Source: Orbicella franksi
Taxonomy: Eukaryota
Direction: 5' to 3'
Assembly: GCA_964199315.1 (NCBI GenBank)
Contig: OZ116708.1
Location: 2,542,001 to 2,606,000, forward strand
DNA length: 64,000 nt
The position numbers and the translations under genes were made by a program. Shown here in pieces: positions 13,312 to 24,542 of this stretch (position 1 is its first letter; every line of letters begins with the position of its first letter). Under the pieces are notes generated by a model that did no database searches, had not been told where the DNA came from, and saw nothing but the letters and a program-made list of their open reading frames with translations.

Positions 13312-14313
13312 ATCTAGGCAATTCATTCTCTAACACATGAGATCGTCGGCGTTCATTCATGTAATGCGCTGACTTTCCCGCGTTACTTTCAAGCGAAAGA
13401 TGAAACGTGAACTGTACTAACTCAACTACAAAATAACTTGCAAAGATTGCTGTTAATCGGATAAAAAGAAATTCTCCTAAAGCTGATTAGTAAATGCTCA
13501 GACATGAATTACCCAGGCAGGTAGCTTAATTAGTCCAAGTCTGCCAAACTCTGGCATAAATGAGCTTTTTAACAATTGCCATGGAGTTGTAAGTGCCAAC
13601 CATATATATAGACCGCGGGTCCCGATTTGTAATTTTTTCTCGTCTATCTCGGAAAGACGGGAGCAAAAAACTTGCGTGACTGGTGGTGAAGTCTTTTGTC
13701 CAAAATGTCGTCATATAATTTGCATTGATGTTTACAGACAATTACAGGATCGATTGCAAATGATTTACTCGACAATATACCGCGCGGGCGTATTGTTTTT
13801 ACTCCGAACTTATTTTCTCTTGACTGCCGATGCAAGCCTGTGTCTTACGCTTCATGCGCGGGGAGCGTGGAAGGCGCGAGATCGAATCGGACGGAGCGTT
13901 CTGGCGAGAAAACTGGGACGAGTCATTTCCCAGATCATTTGTCAAAACGTCTGAAAAATACTGTGTATCGATCATTCTATGGTCGACTAGGGATAACAAT
14001 TTGTAACCGATTTGCGCATCAAAATGGCGGTCGGCCATCGAGTCAGATTTGGCTGGTAATTTCCAACCTCGTAGAAGGAGAAATAGGAAGAAACTTAATT
14101 TGGAAAGTGTCGTGGCTGGAGCAGAGGCTTTCCTTGCTTCGCAAAGTGAGTAAACGAAACCGTATGTTTCCTTTTTCAGCAGGAATCCTATTACAGGCGA
14201 AAGATCTACACATTGTAAATACCGACCAAGGAAAAGGCGCAGTACTTCCACACTTTCAGGTCAGTGTATGACATTTGCAGACTACAGGCTATGGACATTT
14301 AGGCCTAAATAGC

Positions 14314-14527
14314 GCTCAGGTTAGCCTGAATAGCGCTCAAGTTAGCCTGAATAACGCTCAGTTTGGCCTGATTAACGCTCAGGTTAGCCTGAATAACGCT
14401 CAGGTTAGCCTGAATCAGGTAACGTTCAGGTTAGCCTGAATAACGCTCAGGTTAGCCTGAATAACGCTCATGTTAGCCTGAATAACGCTCAGGTTAGCCT
14501 GAATAGTGCTCAGGTTAGCCTGAATAG
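14314..14527. repeat. Minisatellite, 10 x 21-bp unit GCTCAGGTTAGCCTGAATAAC
   Basis: Units read directly from the sequence. Unit 5 has a 5-nt insertion (caggt). Each unit contains the inverted repeat TCAGG-ttag-CCTGA. Confidence 0.97.
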
Positions 14528-14924
14528 GACGAGGAGATAGAGTTACTCATTGCCTGTTTGTGGGATTTAGCTTATGAAGAATAAATAAATGAATAGGGAC
14601 AAAAAGGAAGTGGCTTACTGTCAAATCGATGCACAGATGTCAGAAATCTAGTATCAGAACAGACTATTACCAAAGCAAATGAAAAAATTCTGAGATCACA
14701 ATTTATGAGAGAACAAGCCCTGGAACCCTGCTCTGGAACAAAAAAAACAAGTCTCCCCAGACTTCTTCGGAAGTCAGTTTACCATAATGCGCAAGCGTGT
14801 CTTTTGTTTTTCTGATGCCAGTGGGGCAGCGAAACATTTTGTTTGCTCCCCGCTAATTTAGCCACCCCAGAACAAAACAAGAAACAATGTTTTTACAACA
14901 ACGTTTTCTAGTTTAGCCAGTCCT
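14528..14924 (-). mobile_element. Truncated copy of the PIF/Harbinger-derived element at 17.9-18.6 kb, inverted
   Basis: ctagtttagccagtcct|taa is the reverse complement of the left TIR at 17868. Internal blocks (gtctccccagacttcttcggaagtcagttt; gcctgtttgtggga...ggaagtggcttactgtcaaat) match 18030-18230 in reverse. Confidence 0.8.
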
Positions 14925-17867
14925 TAAGGCTAACTTGATTTCGGTAACACTATTTTTCTTGCAGTCTCCTTCAACCTTTTCTTTACGTTTTTCCTTGCCT
15001 AAATACGGTCGCTAAAGTGAGATACAATTTGTTTCGAATCCCTCAGTCAGACCATCATCTCCAGCAAAGCCATGAGGCTTATCTTTCGAGTCCGTTTTTG
15101 TACATTTTTAAGGCAACTTTTAGAATGCATATGATGATCTATCCTTCGTACGTACCAGCCGGTTGCTTACCTCGGTTCAATGCAATCTTGCATGACGTGC
15201 GAATTTATGATTTCGATCGCAGTTGCTGAAACAGCATGCAACGGTCAGAAACACCGATTAAAACTCAGCTTTGGTGGCAAAAGAATGATATCATTAACCA
15301 AATACTCGAATACTCGACCAGAGCTATCTCAGAATCCAGTCGTAGGAACATTGCCTTCCCTGAGGAAATTTTCTAACGTGTGCGAAAATCGAGAAAATCT
15401 GGTGCCACAGTCGCGGAAATTATACAAAAACGTGAACATTTTGAGTCGGGAAATATTCCGAAATTAAAATCGGGAAATATACATAACGTTGTCGCGCAAT
15501 GAGACAGACCAAAATCCTTTCATTTTCCGGCGGATTGTGGCTTCTGAATTAACGAGCAGTTTCAGGAACTTTACAAGCGCATGCAGTACGTTGAAATAAT
15601 GTCACATTTAGTTTATTGGACGTTCGATAAATCTTGTCACCTTAGCCAGCATCTGCGCATTTGACGATTTAAAACTAGCGTTACGGAAACAAAACCAAAA
15701 GCCTGAACGTGCCACAAGACTACAGGTGTATGCAAAATAGCCTTTCTGCACAAAACTAATGCGTGTAATCCTTAATTGACCCCTCCCCCAGACGAATAGG
15801 CTTATGTTCTAAACAAACGCGAACGAAATTCAGTTGTAAGCAGGTTTATAAACGGTCAGCGAAAGTGATCTTATTGCAATGGCGGTCCAGACACATAGAG
15901 TAAATTTGGCCGAAACGTACAAGCCATCCTTCAAATGGTCTGAAATTGATCCCGGAGCGGGTGAGTAAATATTGCGTTTATCAGATATATATGAAACCGT
16001 GTTTACTTTTGTTAGTTATAAGCGGACTTAGCACAAAGAATTGTTGCCTCGTGTGTTTACCGTTAGCATTTACTAGATATCACGATACAGAGCAAAGTGG
16101 AATAAAAAAACATATAGACCCCTAAAATTGATTAGGGTGTCTTGTAAATCTCACGCTCTCGATTATTGATCACACTGCCATGGGTTCGAATGAAAACGCT
16201 TTACAACCTCTGATCTTGGTACGAATTATATGATAAAAGGATTTAGTAATTTCTTTTATTTTGTCGTTTTGCAGGCCTGTTTTTCGTGTTTTTTTGTGTG
16301 TGTTCTAGTTTCAATCAAATGAGATACATATGTATACGAAGCGGAATGTTTGCAGACGGCTCGCAACCTGAATATATTTTTGTTCATAATATTACTGTGA
16401 TTTGTTCTAAGCGAAATGGAAATAAATATGCATTTAGCCATAATTGTCAGATACGCCCTCTCCAGTAGGCGCTATCAAATTCTGAATCGATTAAGCGAAA
16501 GTCGCTATAGGCAACAAAAAATTTTATGGTTTTCTGATACCATTTTAAAGCCTTATTCGAGCCCAATAATTAATTCTCGTTAATTCGATATTGCTGCGCC
16601 GTAGTGCAAGTACTGTATATTGTCTAAATGATCCTGACAAACATCCGTTGATCCAGCTGATTGTTATTCGAAAACATCACTGAAAACACCGCAGTTTCTT
16701 TGTTACAAATACAACAATAGTCACAAAAGGAATAATTAAGTGCTTTAGCGTGTACACTCCAATAAGAAATCAGCAATTACGCTCAGGAGGATCCATGAAC
16801 TAGCTACAGTATTATTTTTTTCCACTTCATCACATTCTCTCCTACCAGACTGAGAACTTAAATTAATCAACCTGCGTTATTTTTTTTTCTTTTTTTATTT
16901 CAACCGTTACAGTTGTGTTTGTAAATATTTGGAGTGAAATAGCAGTTTCTCTTATAGTCAGCCGATTAACACTGGTCCAAGGAAAATATGACTGGTGGGT
17001 ATTGTTTAGACAAAACATAGCCTGTTTAGCAAGTTTATTGTCCAATCCGCTTAGAGATTCCCTAAAACGTCCGACCGCAATGAAACCATGAATGGAGAAC
17101 TGTGGTCAACCGTCGGAAACAGACGAGGTGGTTGGTTTGTTTGACAATTTTCACGTTGCGCGTCCAATGGCTATCAGTTGTAATAAACGTGGACCACTTA
17201 ATAGATTATAAATAACTTAATGAATAACTTGATAAATGTCTGAGCAGCTAGCAGGTCTAAGATTTCTCTGTCTTCTTTTTTACACGAAATTAAAGCAAGG
17301 AAGAGCCTGCATATCAAAAGAAATGGAGGCTTGTGCTCGGTTATCCCAGTATAGCCTACTCTTCCACCTATAATCAGTAATTATTATAAATAATTATTGC
17401 AAAAAGTTTTCGGAGACTCCAGTGTTCGCGGTATATGACTATGGGCGATAACAGATCTCTGACTACAAAATGGATACTGCGGGCTCAGGTTATTTTTGTA
17501 GGATCGTTGGGCGTACTAAAGAATGAAAACCACTTTCAATGTATTCCATAGTGTTTACATCAACGCCTTGCACATAAGGCTCCCGGGTAGATCATAAAGC
17601 TTTCTCTTTTCTTCTGTGCTCTCGCTGTTAAAAATCAAAGACGAAAAACGATGAAGGTATAATAGCCGTGTACGTCATGACGTCAAAAAAGTATTTAAAT
17701 TGCTTTTTCTTGGTTTGTTTTGTTCACATAACCTTAGCTCTTTAAATTAAAATATGCTCATAAAAATTTCACTGATGAATTTTCAACTTAGTTTGATTCC
17801 TAAATTATATGATATAGCGTATATTCATGCTGAATGTTCAGCGAGACATTAAATAACATGTGTTCTA

Positions 17868-18606
17868 AAGACTGGCTAAACTAGGAAACATTATTGCGGA
17901 AACATTGTTTCTTGTTACGTTTCCAGGGTGGCTAAATTAGCGGGAAGCAAACAAAATGTTTTGCGGCCCCATTGGCTAAACAAGGAAACGCTGTTTCGGA
18001 CTGAACAAAGGGTCACGCTTGAGCATACCGATAAACTGACTTAGCTTCCGAAGAAGTCTGGGGAAGAATTTTTGTATATTCTCTTCGCTTTGCTTTTGTA
18101 ATCGTCCTTTGCGATACCATATTTCTCTGGCATCTGTACATCTACCCGTATTTGACAGTAAGTCACTTCCTGTTTGTCCTATTCTTCATGAGCTACATCC
18201 CACAAACAGGCTCCGTCCTCACACAAGGTAATGTATAATTCTATCTTCTCGTTCTTACAATCCGTTTCCTTTTATCCCTTCCCTTTTTTATGACCTGCGT
18301 TTGGCTTTTCTACTTTGGCTTCGCCGTCAGCCATTGTTGTATGCTCGCCATTCCTGGGAAACATTTTTAATGAGCAGCACTGGAAACTAGTGAACATTGC
18401 GTTCGTGCTGGCAAAGCTGGGAAACATATGTTTCGGAAGCAAAATTTGTGTCTGGCAAGCAAAAGTGTTTTTGACCCGAGGCAAACACATTTTCTTGTTT
18501 CCGAGCAGCAAATTTTTTTTTTCCGCAACATATGTTTCCAAAACTTGGAAACATTTGCATACGCAACAATGTTTTCCCAACAATGTTTCCTAGTTCAGCC
18601 AGACCC
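17868..18606. mobile_element. Non-autonomous PIF/Harbinger-like DNA transposon with a decayed MADF/Myb-SANT remnant
   Basis: TIRs of about 40 bp (aagactggctaaactaggaaacatt / aatgtttcctagttcagccagaccc) with cta/taa flanks. The minus strand near 18270-18150 reads KIELYITLCEDGACLWDVAHEE*, resembling a MADF start (LITLYEERPCLWD). Confidence 0.65.
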
Positions 18607-21600
18607 TAAGCTCATGTCAGCCAATCGTCTGCTTTGTTATAATTGGCTGAGAAAATGAGACTTCTTTCTACAAACCGGCGCCTCTGTCTATTTTCATAAC
18701 GGCTACTGATTAAACTGCTATCTTTTCAATTCGTTTAAGACAAGATGTTGCAACCAAATAATTTATAGTGGTGCATGGGCTGGATTTTTTGCATTTGATT
18801 TCAGTGAAAAGGGATTTCTTTACATTTGAAACTGTATAACTGTGTTCGACAAACATGGTCTTGCACATGAACAAAATTGGATTTTCTCTCAGTCGTAGCT
18901 TTTCCTGTTCAGCCAATGAAGCTGATGCTCTACCCATACTCACGTACTCTACAAGTCTCGTTGAGTTTCAAAGTCGGTCGTTTTCGATTGTCCGTCGAGT
19001 GAACGATTTTTGTTCAGCTGGGCACGCATTTCAATTTGTTGATACTGAGCAAACTTCCGTTCTGTAAACTGTCCTTTCAATAAGCCTACAATGAAAACCT
19101 GCCGTCCAATTGAAGCCTTTTTATGTGAAAATGTTAGACTGTACTTCAGATATTTTATAGGCCCAAAAGCGACTTTCCTAAGAACACTCACTTTGCTCGA
19201 TACAAAATGTCTTTTCCACGAGCCACGTGCGAAGACAAAAGAGTGAAGTTTTTAAAGGGTATCCTTGCGCGTGGCGCGGTTGATTTTGTAACTCTGCTAC
19301 AATTATGCAAATACAGAATCATCGCTTATTAAAACAGGTTTGTGGAGGCATTTGGGCACACGAAAATCAAACTATCTTACCTTTCCATTGTGACTCATGT
19401 ATAAAAAGCAAACCTTGTTTGCCAAACTGTGACCAGAAGAGATACAAACATGGAAAATATTCCACACAACAACAGATCGAGTACAAAGCATTTTAAACGC
19501 GGACCGTTCGTCGCCACTCCAGCGGCAAAGCTAGTAATTTAGACTGAAAAGGTGTTGCGGTCTCAATTTAACTGACAATTTGCTCTTATATCTAGGAAGA
19601 TAAGGATTTCAGTTGACACCGCCGGCGACTAAGAACTGATTGCTTTTCACAACATGAATTAATTTCAAAATCTTTTAGTGAAAACCAAGAAAACAATTTT
19701 GAATCAACACAAAAAAGACTCGTAAGGGAAGAAATAGAAATGCTAAGGTTTACACACAACAATTTCTCCACTCAAGAAAAACAATCGAATTTATTTCACG
19801 AAAATTATTTCAAAAATAAATTTTCCCGCTAATGATAGGAAAAAGCTTTTCAGGTGCAGAAAAGAAAGGGAAAACAAATTCTGTACTCCCTCGTTTATAA
19901 TGTGAGCCAAATTTCACGTTTTTTTTTTTTACCTAGAACTGTACTTTTATATAAGCGTGATTTGCTAACTGTACTCAAATTCAAACTGAGTGATTATTCG
20001 AGTATGATCGATATTTACCCTGCTTGGTACATTAGAGTACTTAGCAGCCGCACACTCACATAGAAACTCAAGTTAACAGAAAGAAAAACACAGTTGAAAC
20101 CTCTCGATACTCAAATTGCCTTCATTTTACATTTCTTCACATTTAATAATTCTTTCTGTTGCTTTTTTTTTGAGGATTCTATTCCATTACGTGACTCGAT
20201 AGACCCTATGCATGACTAAGAACTGCGCCACAATCTTAGTCACATGATACAGCTTTCGCACCGACAGTTCCGTTTTCCTTACCATTATTGTATTTTAAAA
20301 CTTTATACATGCCTTTAGGAAAAGAAACGAAAATCTGCGCCGGAAAATTTAATTAACAATAAGTTCCGATTTCATTGACGAAAACGGACGTTTCAGGCTT
20401 CGCTCCGGAACTGCTGCTAACTTTGCCTCGTGTTCAATTTACTTTTCCTGTACGACAGCTTTAATTGTTTTAATGTTTTTCTATCACAGTGTCGTTAAAA
20501 TATACTGTTTTGACTTGTCCAAGACTCAATGTACATCGATAATTTCTTGAGCCCGCGGAAATACAGCGGACTCAAACATTCCAAAGTATGACGTCATTTT
20601 TGTCACGAAAAAAAAAAACTTACCTCTTCTCCGGCCAGCCTCCTCTCGGCCAGGTCTCGGCCATGTTTTCCAACAGCAAGATGGCGCCTTTGTATGCTTG
20701 ACGGGGGATACCTGGTCTAGAGTGGGATACATAATTTAGCAAGAGCTATTACACGTTACAGCTGTAATTATTTATAGAACCGTTTATTACATTAAAAGTA
20801 ATAAATTAGTACTGGTAAAAACAGAGTTTTTATTCACATTTAACAATTCACCTGGTCCTATATGACTCAAAAAAATCACAGAACCCTCTCTCGAATTAGA
20901 ATAACTCTAAACAAAGCCAAACGTACCTTGAAACAGTAAACGAGTCGTTTGAAAAATTCTAAACGATTTGAAATAAACGGGATGGATGGAAGGAGAAAAC
21001 TATCTGCTTGCTAACAATTACAATACATATTTAGCACGGTTGCTAATTTTGTCTGCTTAAAACCAGCGCTGTGCCTTGTTAGTTATCTCATCGAACATAT
21101 TTATTCTATTCTTTTCACGGCGGTCGGTAGACTGAGCAGATATAAAACCAAGCGGCTATCAAACGCTTTCTGATAATTTCATGGCTTCCTAGAAGCGCTT
21201 TACAGTGAACAAAATCGATGGCTGTGGTGGAAATGGTTTTCGTTTTACAATACTTCAGAATTAAATATGTCACTGAGGTTTTGGCAATACACTCCAAATT
21301 AAACACCGAAAGAAAAATAAACTACAAATTAATACTTGTGAATTAGATTTTTAGACGATATTTCTTGAACATGAATACGCTTATACGGTTTATATGAGTC
21401 TGAATACCAAATTACTTGACACATAGCTTATCAATTGAATTCTGTTAGCCAATCGGAGAGCCTTAAACTGCCTTCTAAGTGTTAACACGCACGTGTAGCA
21501 GACATACCGCAAAAATCACTTGAAATTTTTGTTTGTTATATCTTTTTGTCGATAAGATAATACTTTTTCTGGTTACTTTTAGAAACAAAAAATGACTGTA

Positions 21601-23879
21601 AAACTGTTTTGAAAACGTTTATCCAAAAAGTTTTTTTACTCAAAAGGAAAAGTTTTATTCTCAGTGGCCTTGAGAGCTGGGCACCATTTGGCTTCTTTGA
21701 CTTTGCTTGTCAGTGACGTGATTGTAAATGACTACATAATCTACATATCTTGCCATTAGTATCCAGTCGCATCTAACTAGATTCACAAATCGTCTGCGGT
21801 GCATTTATTTTAATGATAATAAAGACAGCTGAACGGCAACAATAGGACTCGAACAAACCGCAAATAGCCGATTGGGATTTAAAATGGATTTGCACTCTTC
21901 CAAGCTATATTGACGGAACAGCAAATCGACATTTCGCTTCGCCAACGTTACGACCCTCGTCAACTAAAGAAATCGCAGGATTAGAGTGGTGCGTTGCGGA
22001 AATTTCTTTGGTTATTTAATTCTGCTTGCTGTCAATGATGGCCCACAGTAGCAGTTGGAAGCGAATGAAAAAAGTGTTCTTTCCGTGGGGAAAAAAGAAT
22101 CGAAATTCGCAACCGCCACCTCCGACACCTTACAACGACGAGCTGACATCTTCTCCAGGTAGACTGGTCTATTTTTTTTCTCTGTACTGCAAAATAAAAT
22201 TGTTCTAATATCTACCCAGCTTCTAGGATTCTAGTCTACCTTACACCTTAATGCTAACGAAGAACGAACTGTAATGTGGGTTCGGTAACCTGTAGCTTAT
22301 GAAGTTTAGCGCGGTTTAATTTTCTGGTCTGGTCAAATCAAATCTTCCCTATGGTTCAGGCGGCGACCCGAATGTAAGCTTAAAGAGGAGTTCTCGAACG
22401 CGACTCGAAATTGCTCGATTAGGCGCATATCTTTATTGAGAATAAGATAAAAGCTTTCAAAAACATCGAGTTTGTTACCTGTCAAGCCGGACAGTCTTAC
22501 ATAGAAGTTCAAATTTGGTCGTGCGCCTAAGCAAAGAAGTTGTTAATTTCGGCAGCGTTCTGGTTTGATTAATAATGGAAAAAGTAAGCTTACAAGCTCG
22601 GGTGGAACTTTTTTTATAAAATGTTGCCGCTAAAGGGAAAAAGCAAAACAAAAAAAAAAAAAAGGAAGAAGAAGAGGAAAAGGAACTGTTTTCTGACGCG
22701 TTTTTAACTTAAAGCTGGTTATAAGTTTTAGGTTTGAAGAAATATTGTTGAGTTCACCATATGGTTTTTAGTGCGCTAATGCAACCAAGGAGAAGCCAGT
22801 TGGTAAACAGCGAAGATACATTAATTTAGACCGGGTGGCTCGACGCGACAGTTTATTCTGTTGTTTTAGAGCAAGCACATATTATTTCTTGAGAACATAG
22901 TGAGTGTTGCGACTATAGGTAGTCTTTCATAAGCCCAGTGTCTCGACTATGGTATTGCTTGGACGTGAAAAAAAAACGCAAAAAAAAAAAAAAAAAAAAA
23001 AATGAAGTAAAGAAAACGTCGACGTTTGATCAGAAATCCTGCGACCATAATTATTACCATGAAACACATGCACATTCAATTCGTCAAGTGCGGTTCTAGG
23101 CATTTTCATTGCTTTACGTGGGTGGTTTGGAGTTTTAGCGAGATTATGCTGGAAAGTTTGGATTTTAAATCTAAATGAGCTGCGACACCTTTGAAGCGTA
23201 CGAATTAAAATACTTAAGTGTATGGAAATAAGAGAGAGTAATATGACAAATTGCCGAACATGAAATGCACTAGTCAACGCCCAACAGTTGGTCTTTATTG
23301 ATGGCAAAGAAAAAAAAGGCTACTTTAGAATAAATACTTCTTGAACTTTCTTGGCAAAAAAATGCGGCCATTGTGCTTCGTATTGTGTAGTATATGGTCG
23401 CATTAAGGAAATCTTGCTTACCGCGCGTTGTCAATTTCTTCTCGCGATTGATTTAGATCGGTAATTTTGAGTCCGATTTTTCCGATCTACGACTCATGCA
23501 AAAAAGACAGCCGTGACAACTACTGTCAAGTAATCTTTGAAGTCTAAATTAGAATTATTATTGCTTTTTTGTCATTTACGTCTTGAAACCTTCCTATGAC
23601 AACCGGCTATTTTGCTGTTCGAACTATTTTAAATCATAAATTAAGCCGGTCGCATGCAAGGAACAGTTTACATGCATTTCAGTCGCTACGGTTTTCATTA
23701 TTTGATCAGATAGATGGAGCCTTATGTTCAGCGCGATTTGTCATTTATCTTATCTTACATCTTCACTGAAAGAATATCCACATTCTAAGGTAATTTAATG
23801 TACAATAGATCATATAGTCTGCGATTTGCATGACATGTATACAGAGTATTGTGAATTAAAAATCTCGACAACACCATCT

Positions 23880-24323
23880 GTAACCATAGGTAACCAAGCA
23901 ACCACTTTCTGGCGTAAGTCAAAAGAAGTAAACAATGAAACTAAAAGTCACTTTCTTTCGGTCTGTCCGTCGATATTTCGATAGAATTGTTATTCACCGA
24001 AAAGAGGTTTTAAAATTGGAAGGCGTTTAGTTCATGGGCAGCGCATATAGGGCGCAAAATTCGTTCAAACAGTTTGCTTAATGACAGAAAACGGACACTC
24101 GATAACAGCAAAGTTAAATGGTCACTTTCTTTTATTTCTATTGACAAACTTTTAGAGCATAACATAATATTTTTCAGTTTTATTTGCAAGTACAGACAAC
24201 ATGAACAGTAGCCTTAATTTTTCAAAACGACTTGTTTACTGCTAAGGAAACCCTGCTAAAGTAAACAAACTGACAGTCACGCAAAATGATTGGCTGCTTA
24301 ATGAAATTCAGCGCCGTGATTGG
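23880..24323 (+). promoter_or_regulatory. Putative PKA-RII promoter: X-box-like site, forkhead sites, CCAAT boxes
   Basis: GTAACCataGGTAAC at 23880-23894; TGTTTAC 24233 and GTAAACA 24261; ATTGG 24289 and 24319; CpG-rich relative to the flanks. Confidence 0.4.
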
Positions 24324-24542
24324 TTGTCTTCGTGATTTCACTGTCTTGAATGACGTTTGCCGCCAAAGTATCACGCAGGCGCCGTGACCGTGTAACCAGG
24401 ATCTTTCCGCAGATGTATTTTGCTCATAACAACGGCAGCTCAATCACTTATACTAGAGATGAAAGTTATCGGTTAAAGCTACAAAAATAGACAGTTGCAT
24501 TTGGCGTGAGTGAACTATTTTAGGAACTTCAAAGTAGATAAT

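Noticed and set aside
13526-14271. Several overlapping 60-150 aa ORFs on both strands
   Set aside because: Nearly all frames are open because the region is locally GC-rich. Most lack ATG starts and none has a recognisable domain.
14314-14527. CRISPR-like array of palindromic repeats
   Set aside because: The intervening sequence is constant (no unique spacers), there are no cas genes, and the context is eukaryotic. It is a minisatellite.
15131-15229. Box C/D snoRNA (ATGATGA ... CTGA with gcat/atgc flanks)
   Set aside because: The terminal stem is offset from box D, there are no clear C'/D' boxes, and only a weak 10-nt possible rRNA match. Such motif pairs are expected by chance in 64 kb.
18272-18658. 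ORFs of 60-103 aa
   Set aside because: They lie inside the TIR-bounded transposon and derive from its repetitive subterminal sequence.
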